Source of the DNA: Thermodesulfobacteriota bacterium
GTDB taxonomy: Bacteria; Desulfobacterota; Desulfobulbia; Desulfobulbales; SURF-16
DNA length: 32,092 bases
Direction of reading: 5' to 3'
Assembly: GCA_039715015.1 (NCBI GenBank)
Contig: JBDLIE010000028.1
Coordinates: forward strand, 1 to 32,092
This document shows, in pieces, positions 10,385 through 19,413 of the stretch; the stretch's first letter is position 1; each line of letters opens with the position of its first letter. Made by a program: the position numbers and the translations under genes. Under the pieces are notes generated by a model. That model did no database searches, was not told the origin of the DNA, and saw only the letters and a list, made by a program, of their open reading frames with translations.

Positions 10385-11551
10385 ATGACAATTGCCTATC
10401 TTGACTGTTTCTCCGGCATCAGCGGTGATATGCTTCTTGGCAGCTTTCTTGATGCCGGTCTTGATATTGCCCTGCTCAAGAAAAATTTTGCCCTTCTTCC
10501 CCTGGCCGGTTATGAGGTCAAAGAGCGAAAGGCCTATACAAACGGCTTAAGCGCCACCAAGCTCGAAATAACAGTTCAGGAAGGTCAGCCGCAGCGCAGC
10601 TTCAAAGACATTCAGGAGCTGATCCGGGTGAGCCACCTGGCCCAAGACATCAAGGACAACTCCCTGGCTGTTTTTACCGCCCTGGCCGAGGCCGAGGCCC
10701 AGGTCCATGGCGTTGAGGTGGAAGATGTTCACTTCCATGAGGTTGGTGCCGTTGACTCCATTCTCGATATTGTTGGTGCGGCTGTCGGCTTTTCTTTTTT
10801 TGGGGTGGATAGTCTCATCTGCTCTCCCCTGCCCATGGGGCATGGCTGGGTTGACTGTGAACATGGCCGCCTTCCCTTGCCTGCTCCGGCTGTGGTTGAG
10901 TTATGCAAAGAGATGGAGATATACGGCATTGATGTCGAGCATGAGTTGGTCACTCCCACCGGAGCGGCCATCGTCAAGGCCTTTGCCGATTCATTCGGCC
11001 CCCTGCCCTCCTTGACCCTGAGTCAGTCAGGCTATGGGGCCGGCAACCATGACTTGGCAGACCACGGCCCCAATATGTTACGCCTCTTTATCGGCGAAGA
11101 GACCGGGATCATCGAGGCCCAGGAGGTGGAAGTCATTGACTGCCATCTTGATGATTGGGCTCCGGAGAGCTACCCCTATCTCTGTGAGCGGCTTTTTGGT
11201 GTCCAGGCCCTGGACGTCAGCCTCATCCCCATCCAGATGAAAAAGGGCCGCCCCGGTTTTCTGCTCCGCGTTCTAGCCGATTCGTCCCATGCCCACCAAT
11301 GCAAACGTCTCATTCTCGACGAAACCACGGCCATTGGTCTGCGCTTTAGAAAAGAACGGCGCTGGACTTTGCCCCGTAGGGCTATAACCATAAAAACCAG
11401 GTTCGGCAAAATGGTGGTCAAGGAGGTAGACACCCCATCGGGCACCAGAATCTACCCTGAGTATGAGGAATGCCACCGTCTGGCCGCAGAGCAGGGCATT
11501 GCCATCCAGCAGATCTACCATGAGATCTTGGCTCACAATGCCGGGGGATAG
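10385..11551 (+). CDS. larC: Nickel-pincer cofactor biosynthesis protein LarC
   Basis: YLDCFSGISGDM, VHFHEVGAVDSILDIVG, ELVTPTGAA, MKKGRPG, ETTAIGLR and PEYEEC motifs. Confidence 0.92.
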   Translation: MTIAYLDCFSGISGDMLLGSFLDAGLDIALLKKNFALLPLAGYEVKERKAYTNGLSATKLEITVQEGQPQRSFKDIQELIRVSHLAQDIKDNSLAVFTALAEAEAQVHGVEVEDVHFHEVGAVDSILDIVGAAVGFSFFGVDSLICSPLPMGHGWVDCEHGRLPLPAPAVVELCKEMEIYGIDVEHELVTPTGAAIVKAFADSFGPLPSLTLSQSGYGAGNHDLADHGPNMLRLFIGEETGIIEAQEVEVIDCHLDDWAPESYPYLCERLFGVQALDVSLIPIQMKKGRPGFLLRVLADSSHAHQCKRLILDETTAIGLRFRKERRWTLPRRAITIKTRFGKMVVKEVDTPSGTRIYPEYEECHRLAAEQGIAIQQIYHEILAHNAGG

Positions 11552-11650
11552 CTCTTAACGCAGTTGCCTCTTTTCCCTTGTACATCTCCCTGGTGCTGGT
11601 ATAGAAATGCATCAGAAAAATCATGAACCTTCATCTTTGTGAGCAGACAA

Positions 11651-12106
11651 ATGGATAAACTCGTCATGGCGATCGCCACTGGTTTTTATACCGGCTACAC
11701 CCCTAAGGCCCCCGGCTCCATGGGTAGCCTGGTTGCCTTTCCCATCCATTTTCTCATTCTTCTGCTGCCGGGCTATGGCTACTACCTTGCCCTGGCGGCC
11801 ATCCTCATTTTGGCAATCATTACGGCTGGTATGGCCGAGAAGATCATTGACCGCCAGGACCCTGGCATGGTGGTGATCGACGAAATTATTGGCATGCTCA
11901 TCGGGCTTATTGGTGCGCCACTCACCCTGCCTGCTCTGGTGGCAGCCTTTGTCCTCTTTCGGATTTTCGACATCTGGAAGCCCTTTCCGGTGCGCTGGTT
12001 TGACGACCATCTCCATGGCGGCACCGGCATTGTCCTTGATGATGTCATGGCCGGCATCTACACCCTGGCCTGCATGCAGGGCCTCTACTTCTTCGCAATC
12101 ATTTAA
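11651..12106 (+). CDS. pgpA: Phosphatidylglycerophosphatase A
   Basis: PKAPGSMGS, DPGMVVIDE, FRIFDIWKPFP and GIVLDDVMAG motifs. The ATG at 11651 is preferred over the GTG at 11639. Confidence 0.93.
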   Translation: MDKLVMAIATGFYTGYTPKAPGSMGSLVAFPIHFLILLLPGYGYYLALAAILILAIITAGMAEKIIDRQDPGMVVIDEIIGMLIGLIGAPLTLPALVAAFVLFRIFDIWKPFPVRWFDDHLHGGTGIVLDDVMAGIYTLACMQGLYFFAII

Positions 12107-12201
12107 AAAAGGTACCCAGAAACAGACTAGGCCCCTGGCCAGCCTCTGGTCTCTCCCCCTCTCCTGCCGTGCCCTAGGCAGCCCGCCGCCAACATAAGAC
12201 C

Positions 12202-12232
12202 CAAAAACACGTTGTTGAAAAACGTCTTTTTG
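12202..12232. terminator. Possible bidirectional terminator between convergent pgpA and pyrF
   Basis: Imperfect inverted repeat CAAAAA-C-ACGTT / AACGT-C-TTTTTG; the stem is weak and AT-rich. Confidence 0.35.
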
Positions 12233-12322
12233 AAATCTATTTCAGAAATTAATATTTTAGCTAAGACCCTGGCATCCTTCTTGCCACCCTTGGGAAACGG
12301 CCAGGCTTTTTTTACTGAATCC

Positions 12323-13033
12323 TTAACCCACGGCCTGGGCAATTTCATCTTGCATGGTGCCAATAACAGCGAGGGGGTCCTCAGCCTTAGTAATGGGACG
12401 CCCCACCACCACATGGTCGGCGCCGCTAAGCAGCGCTTTTTGAGCGGTCATAATACGGGTTTGATCATCGCTGCCATCTAAGATATTTGCCCCGGGCCTG
12501 ATACCGGGGGTCACCAGAATCAGTTTATCTCCTAAGCCTTCGCGCAGTCGGGGTGCCTCCATCCCTGAACAGACGACCCCGTCACAACCAAGCTCCAGGG
12601 CCCTTTTGGCCCGAAAATAAACGAGGTCCTCAATGGATTGGCTCATGCCCATGGCCCGCAGATCTTCCTCGCCAAAACTGGTGAGGACCGTCACGGCCAA
12701 GAGCTGCAGATCACCACGCTCGGTGAGGGCAGCCTTGATAATCGGCTCATTGCCATGGATGGTGGCCAGGGATACGCCATGCTCACGGACCTGGGCAACG
12801 GCAAGTTTGACCGTTTCCGGGATATCAAAAAATTTCAGATCAAGCATCACCTTGTGGCCCCGGTCAATGATCCAATCCACCGTATCAAACCAACCGGCCA
12901 GAAAGAGCTGCAGCCCTACCTTATAATAGCCGATCTTGGCCTCGGTCTTCCTGACCCACTCCTTAGCCATATCAGGATGTTCCACATCAAGGGCCAGGAT
13001 AATTCGTTCATTTAAGGGAATATTTTTTGCCAT
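12323..13033 (-). CDS. pyrF: Orotidine-5'-phosphate decarboxylase
   Basis: IILALD, KVG, DLKFFDIPETV, VTVLTS, TPGIR and VVGRPI motifs. Confidence 0.96.
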   Translation of the reverse strand: MAKNIPLNERIILALDVEHPDMAKEWVRKTEAKIGYYKVGLQLFLAGWFDTVDWIIDRGHKVMLDLKFFDIPETVKLAVAQVREHGVSLATIHGNEPIIKAALTERGDLQLLAVTVLTSFGEEDLRAMGMSQSIEDLVYFRAKRALELGCDGVVCSGMEAPRLREGLGDKLILVTPGIRPGANILDGSDDQTRIMTAQKALLSGADHVVVGRPITKAEDPLAVIGTMQDEIAQAVG

Positions 13034-13173
13034 TTTCCAACTCTACCTTGTTATTATAAATTGAATTGAATATGAAAAATTATGCGGGGTTACCTGAGTC
13101 CAGCTCACTAACACCCACCCAAACTTCTACCATCAGAAGCTGATGACCGCAAATCAAATGAAAGGAATGTAAT

Positions 13174-13974
13174 ATGGGGAAATTACTTCGGCCTGACAGT
13201 TACGCCCGTCACACCCTGGAAAGATACACCGGCTCCTCGGTGAAAGATTTCCGCTCGAACATTCTGCTTTGTAATTTCGAGCGTTACGTGGAAAGCTTTG
13301 CCGAACATACCGGCAACGAAATCCTTTCCGGTTACTGGGACGTGGTTCATGACGTGGAGCGTGATGTCAGCATCATTAACCATGGTGTCGGCTCCCCCAC
13401 CGCCGGTATTGTCATGCATTGCCTTTCCTTCCTCGACAATATTAATTCCGTGCTCATGCTCGGCATGTGCGGCGGCATTGAAGACGAGTGTGAGATAGGA
13501 GATCTCATCGTCCCCACGGCGAGCATCCGTGATGAAGGCACCAGTCGCCATTACCTGCCCCAGGATGTACCGGCCATCCCCTGTGTCGAGCTGAACCGCA
13601 TCTCAGAGCAGGTGGTCAAGAAATCCACCGGCAAAAGTCCACGATCCGGAATTATGCTTACCACTGATTACCGGATGTGGGAGTTTGACGAGGAGTTTAT
13701 CGATTACATCTACAAACACCGGATTGTCGCCGTTGATATGGAGATCGCCACCCTCTTTTCCGTGGGCTATGCCTTGGGCGTGCCCACCGCGTCATTAATG
13801 CTTGTCTCAGACCTGCCCCTGCGCACTCGTGGAATCAAAAGCAAGAGCAGCGCCCAGGATATTTTCAGCGCCTATACAAACGAGCACCTGAAGATGGGGG
13901 TTCGGATCAGCGAGGAAATTACCCACCAGAACGAAAAATTCCCCAGTGCAACCTTCAATATGCCCTGTGGCTGA
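13174..13974 (+). CDS. Short-form AMP nucleosidase-like protein (PNP/UDP phosphorylase superfamily)
   Basis: LERYTGS, GVGSPTA, LGMCGG, SIRDEGTSRHY, R.WEFD.EF, VDMEIATLF and VSDLP motifs. At 266 aa it lacks the N-terminal domain of E. coli Amn. Confidence 0.85.
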   Translation: MGKLLRPDSYARHTLERYTGSSVKDFRSNILLCNFERYVESFAEHTGNEILSGYWDVVHDVERDVSIINHGVGSPTAGIVMHCLSFLDNINSVLMLGMCGGIEDECEIGDLIVPTASIRDEGTSRHYLPQDVPAIPCVELNRISEQVVKKSTGKSPRSGIMLTTDYRMWEFDEEFIDYIYKHRIVAVDMEIATLFSVGYALGVPTASLMLVSDLPLRTRGIKSKSSAQDIFSAYTNEHLKMGVRISEEITHQNEKFPSATFNMPCG

Positions 13975-14006
13975 TTGCCGACCGGAGCAGATACGATTTA
14001 TTTGCC

Positions 14007-14801
14007 ATGCGCTGCATTGATTTCCACACCCATATCTTTCCTGACCAGCTGGCCGCCACCACTGTTCCGGCCTTGGCCCAGGCCGGCAATGTTACCCCGG
14101 CCTCAGATGGCACCGCTGATGGTCTGCTGGCTTCCATGGACCGGGCCGGCATCGAGGCCTCGGTGATCTGTTCCATTGCCACCAAGCCCTCGCAATTTGC
14201 ACCAATTCTTGACTGGTCGCGTAGCTTCCGCACCAATCGCCTTATTCCCTTTGCCTCTCTTCACCCCGATTCGGAAAATCTTGCTGAGGAGATCAGGCAA
14301 ATAAAAACAGCAGAAATTAAGGGCATTAAGCTCCACCCCTACTACCAAGGTTTTTATCTGAATGAAAAACGGCTCCGTTTTCTTCTAGAACTGGTTGCAG
14401 ACCAGGGCCTCATTGTCATGCTGCACAGCGGTTACGACATCGGCTTTCCCAAAGAAGAACGCGCTGACCCAGCCAAGATCAAGGAGCTTATCAAAGACAT
14501 TCCCCATTTAAAATTGGTTGCGGCCCACTTAGGATCCTGGCAGCAATGGGAGGGGGTGGAAGAGTCCCTGGTGGGGGAAAACGTCTATCTCGACATCGCC
14601 TTTGCCCTTGAGTTTCTGGAGCGCGATCAGGCCTGGCGGATCCTCACAGAGCATCGTCCTGACCGGCTGCTCTTTGGCTCTGATTCTCCCTGGGCCGACC
14701 AGGCCGGGGTCAAGAAACTGCTACTGGATTTGCAGTTGGGCAAGGATTTAACGGAGAAAATTCTCGGTGCTAACGGCGCCGAGCTGCTGGGCCGTACGTA
14801 A
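14007..14801 (+). CDS. Amidohydrolase family 2 (TIM-barrel metal-dependent hydrolase)
   Basis: IDFHTH, GIKLHPYYQ, HSG.D, AAHLG and LLFGSDSPW motifs. Confidence 0.9.
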   Translation: MRCIDFHTHIFPDQLAATTVPALAQAGNVTPASDGTADGLLASMDRAGIEASVICSIATKPSQFAPILDWSRSFRTNRLIPFASLHPDSENLAEEIRQIKTAEIKGIKLHPYYQGFYLNEKRLRFLLELVADQGLIVMLHSGYDIGFPKEERADPAKIKELIKDIPHLKLVAAHLGSWQQWEGVEESLVGENVYLDIAFALEFLERDQAWRILTEHRPDRLLFGSDSPWADQAGVKKLLLDLQLGKDLTEKILGANGAELLGRT

Positions 14802-14806
14802 AAAAA

Positions 14807-15180
14807 GGTTCATCACGGATTACTGTGGGAAGGTCTGTTGCTTGTACTGTTTTTCTTGCTTCGAATATCGTTTTGTTCCTTTTCGGCCGCTCCGCTGGCT
14901 GTGTGCCCAGCCAGTGAAATGGGCGAAAAGGAACGCAAAAAGGGCACCCCGAACAGCCCTGGCCTTCGGCACCACTCGCCTTCCGCTGTTCAAGGGACAT
15001 TGTGAAAACTCGCGAAGTTTATGCCCGAAGTGTGGGTGCTCAGACAGTCCACGCGCCCAACGGAAGTGCCCTTGGGGTGCTTTTCCCTTGCCCAGCTCCC
15101 TGCTCGTTCAGGGCTGAATGGGGAAAAGGCAAAACCAAAACATTTAAAACCAAAGGTTCCACTCTATTCCGTGATGAACC
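14807..15180. mobile_element. Non-autonomous MITE-like element, 374 bp, complete copy
   Basis: Perfect 13-bp terminal inverted repeats GGTTCATCACGGA / TCCGTGATGAACC, imperfectly extending to about 24 bp. Flanked by the exact direct repeat TAAAAAAA at 14799-14806 and 15181-15188. No credible ORF. A second copy begins at 31999. Confidence 0.9.
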
Positions 15181-15199
15181 TAAAAAAAGGTCTTTTTTT

Positions 15200-15250
15200 C
15201 ACCACAGAGGCGCAGAGAAAAAAACTCTGTGTCTTTGTGCCTCTGTGGTG
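15200..15250. repeat. CACAGAG-type extragenic palindrome, copy 1
   Basis: CACCACAGAGGCGCAGAG-A7-CTCTGTGTCTTTGTGCCTCTGTGGTG; arms shared with 17345-17390. Confidence 0.8.
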
Positions 15251-15292
15251 ATGGGACATATCATTCAACCACGTAACCTAAATTGAGAACTC

Positions 15293-15859
15293 TCAAAAAT
15301 CACAGATAACACCACCGCCGACCCGGAAGGCGCCGGTACGCAAATTGTACATCATGGAGTTACCGCAGATCTCCTTACCATCAGTCCAAAAACGGACAGC
15401 GGTGGCGGTCTTTGCCACCTTGTACTGGGTGAAATAACGGAGGGCATCCGTTATGATGCGATATTTTTCATCGCCAGTGACAACATGCACATCATCGATA
15501 ATGGTGATCAGCTTCTTGTCAGTGGCAAGAAGGGCCTCACCTCCGGTGATCAGGGTGGACAGGCCTTGGTCGTCATAAAGCTGGCAGTCAATTTCTTTAA
15601 AAAAGTACTCGTTTTTACCCGCTCCTCCAGTGGCCACGGAGTCTGCCTTCAGGACCATTTCCAGCTTATCACCACTACTCTGCGACATGGTGACCCCGTA
15701 GAGGTGAAGGTTACGTTCATCGGTGGTTGCCGTCTTTTTCGCAAAGGTTATCTTGCTCTCACGGGGAGCGAGAAATCCGCTCAGCGCTGGCTTCCAGAGA
15801 GGATAGCTCATCACGGCAAGCAGAGGTAAAATCCATACCTTGTTGCGAGAAAAATTCAC
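15293..15859 (-). CDS. lptC: LPS export periplasmic protein LptC
   Basis: Single N-terminal TM followed by a beta-rich domain. Directly downstream of kdsC. In-frame GTG at 15859 lies one base after the kdsC stop. Confidence 0.78.
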   Translation of the reverse strand: MNFSRNKVWILPLLAVMSYPLWKPALSGFLAPRESKITFAKKTATTDERNLHLYGVTMSQSSGDKLEMVLKADSVATGGAGKNEYFFKEIDCQLYDDQGLSTLITGGEALLATDKKLITIIDDVHVVTGDEKYRIITDALRYFTQYKVAKTATAVRFWTDGKEICGNSMMYNLRTGAFRVGGGVICDF

Positions 15860-15860
15860 T

Positions 15861-16505
15861 TTAAGAGCGCTCCAAATACTCGCTGAGCAGTTTCTCGTAC
15901 ATCCCCTTGGCGTCAATAATCAGGTCACAGACCTCACGAACCCCCCCCTGTCCACCATTGAAACGGGATGTAAAATCAACCACATCTTTAAGTTCGGGTA
16001 CGGCGTCAGCCACAGTGGCGGCAAATCCCACCTTGGCAAGGAGCGGCAGGTCCAGCCAGTCATCGCCCATATAGGCCACTTCCTCAGAAGTGAGACCAAG
16101 CTCGGCAATCACCTCTTGATAGGTTTCAACCTTATTACGCCGTCCCTGATAGAGATGGTCAATCTTAAGGTCCTGACACCGCCTGACAAGGGCCGTGGAG
16201 GTGCGGGCCGTAATAATCCCCACCTCCACCCCGGCCTTGCGAAGGAGATTGAGGCCAAAACCATCTTTGGAGTTAAAAGTCTTTAACTCGATGCCCTCAT
16301 CGCTGTAGGTGATAGAGCCATCGGTGAGCACACCGTCAACATCAAGCAGAAGCAGCTTCACCTTCTTGGCTATGGGCAGGCAGTTCTTCCAGGCATAACC
16401 CCGGTTTGATGCCGTGCGGGCCGCTGCTTTTTTCAGTAAGGCCTGGGTGAACTCGCAGTCACCAGGATAACTCCCTTCAGTGGGGGTTGGGCACGACTCA
16501 TCCAT
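15861..16505 (-). CDS. kdsC: KDO-8-phosphate phosphatase (HAD family)
   Basis: LLLLDVDGVLTDG, KDG.G, YMGDDWLD and GGQGGVREVCD motifs. The ATG at 16505 follows a GAGGTGG Shine-Dalgarno and overlaps the kdsA end. Confidence 0.93.
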   Translation of the reverse strand: MDESCPTPTEGSYPGDCEFTQALLKKAAARTASNRGYAWKNCLPIAKKVKLLLLDVDGVLTDGSITYSDEGIELKTFNSKDGFGLNLLRKAGVEVGIITARTSTALVRRCQDLKIDHLYQGRRNKVETYQEVIAELGLTSEEVAYMGDDWLDLPLLAKVGFAATVADAVPELKDVVDFTSRFNGGQGGVREVCDLIIDAKGMYEKLLSEYLERS

Positions 16506-17316
16506 GCACCACCTCATGAATCTGGATTAATTTCTTCAAGAGCTTCTCGACCTCGCCAAGGGGCATGGAGTTGGGGCCATCGCACAGGGCCCTATCCGGA
16601 TCGGGATGGATTTCCATAAAGAGCCCATCAATCCCGGCAGCCACCGCAGCCCGGGTAAGGGGCGGAATAAATTCCCGTTGGCCCCCTGAACTCCCTCCGG
16701 CGCCGCCAGGAAGCTGCACCGAATGGGTGGCATCATAGATCACCGGACAGCCTAGGCCACGCATCACCGGCAGAGCGCGCATATCAACCACCAGATTATT
16801 ATAGCCGTACATGATACCGCGCTCGGTGAGCATGATCCGGTCATTACCGCTATCCCGCACCTTGCCCACGGCATTTTCCATGTCCCAGGGCGACAGAAAT
16901 TGGCCCTTCTTGATGCTGAGCGGCTTGCCGGTTTTGGCAGCGGCAACCAAGAGATCGGTCTGCCGGCAGAGGAAGGCGGGGATCTGGATAATATCAAGAA
17001 CCTTGGCAGCCGCGGCAGCCTGATTTGGTTCATGGATATCAGAAATCACCGGCACATCAAACTCCTCTTTTATCCTGCCAAGGAGGTCCAAGCCATCAGC
17101 AAGCCCAGGCCCACGATAGGAAGAGAGTGAGGTTCGATTTGCCTTATCAAAGGAGGCCTTGAACACATAAGGGATTCCCAGCCGTGAGGTAATTTCTTTA
17201 AGACCAGCGACAGTCTCACGAACAACCTCTTCACTCTCGATGACGCAGGGGCCGCCGATGAGGACCAGAGGGTTGCCTGGCCCCACCTTTATTTTTTCTG
17301 CAATGGTAACTTCCAT
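16498..17316 (-). CDS. kdsA: KDO-8-phosphate synthase
   Basis: GPCVIE, KASFDKANRTS, QIPAFLCRQTDL, KKGQF, DATHSVQ and CDGPN motifs. Confidence 0.97.
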   Translation of the reverse strand: MEVTIAEKIKVGPGNPLVLIGGPCVIESEEVVRETVAGLKEITSRLGIPYVFKASFDKANRTSLSSYRGPGLADGLDLLGRIKEEFDVPVISDIHEPNQAAAAAKVLDIIQIPAFLCRQTDLLVAAAKTGKPLSIKKGQFLSPWDMENAVGKVRDSGNDRIMLTERGIMYGYNNLVVDMRALPVMRGLGCPVIYDATHSVQLPGGAGGSSGGQREFIPPLTRAAVAAGIDGLFMEIHPDPDRALCDGPNSMPLGEVEKLLKKLIQIHEVVHG

Positions 17317-17344
17317 AATATTTTGCTCTTTTTTGCCTATCTTA

Positions 17345-17390
17345 AAACCACAGAGGCACAGAGCGTTTCAACTCTGTGCCTCTGTGGTTT
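17345..17390. repeat. CACAGAG-type extragenic palindrome, copy 2
   Basis: Perfect 19-bp inverted repeat AAACCACAGAGGCACAGAG / CTCTGTGCCTCTGTGGTTT with an 8-nt loop, between pyrG and kdsA. Confidence 0.85.
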
Positions 17391-17396
17391 CTAATT

Positions 17397-17414
17397 GTGC
17401 ATGGCGCCATGCAC
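17397..17414. repeat. Perfect 18-bp palindrome
   Basis: GTGCATGGCGCCATGCAC is its own reverse complement and lies just past the pyrG stop. Confidence 0.6.
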
Positions 17415-17418
17415 CTTT

Positions 17419-19209
<1,791 letters not shown>

Positions 19210-19413
19210 TTACTATATCGCAAGCGTCTTTTCTTTTCCACCCATTTTCCTTTTTTCCATGCCTTACTTTTTAATTTCTTCTCCCCCAGTTCACCATAGC
19301 TCCCACAGTCGTCCATCCCCTTGCAATGCTTGTAAATTTTGAGTATTTTCTTTAGCAGATATCCCCTGCACAAACCAGGCAGTGGGCAACCCTCAGCTTT
19401 GTGAATAAACGCC

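Noticed and set aside
12170..12186. TAGGCAGCCC shared in inverted form with about 3836-3845
   Set aside because: Only about 10 bp, compatible with chance.
13960..14166. Possible selenocysteine read-through at the nucleosidase TGA (…PCG-stop) into an in-frame ORF
   Set aside because: The protein is already complete, the extension would overlap the amidohydrolase out of frame, and no convincing SECIS hairpin follows the TGA.
14767..15286. Short ORFs over the MITE (116, 76, 94 and 76 aa) as a possible transposase or toxin
   Set aside because: They cross the element boundaries and show no DDE, HUH or other motifs, and no convincing ribosome-binding site.
15200..17414. CRISPR array built from the palindromic repeats
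   Set aside because: Only two copies, 2 kb apart and separated by genes, with no regular spacers and no cas genes.
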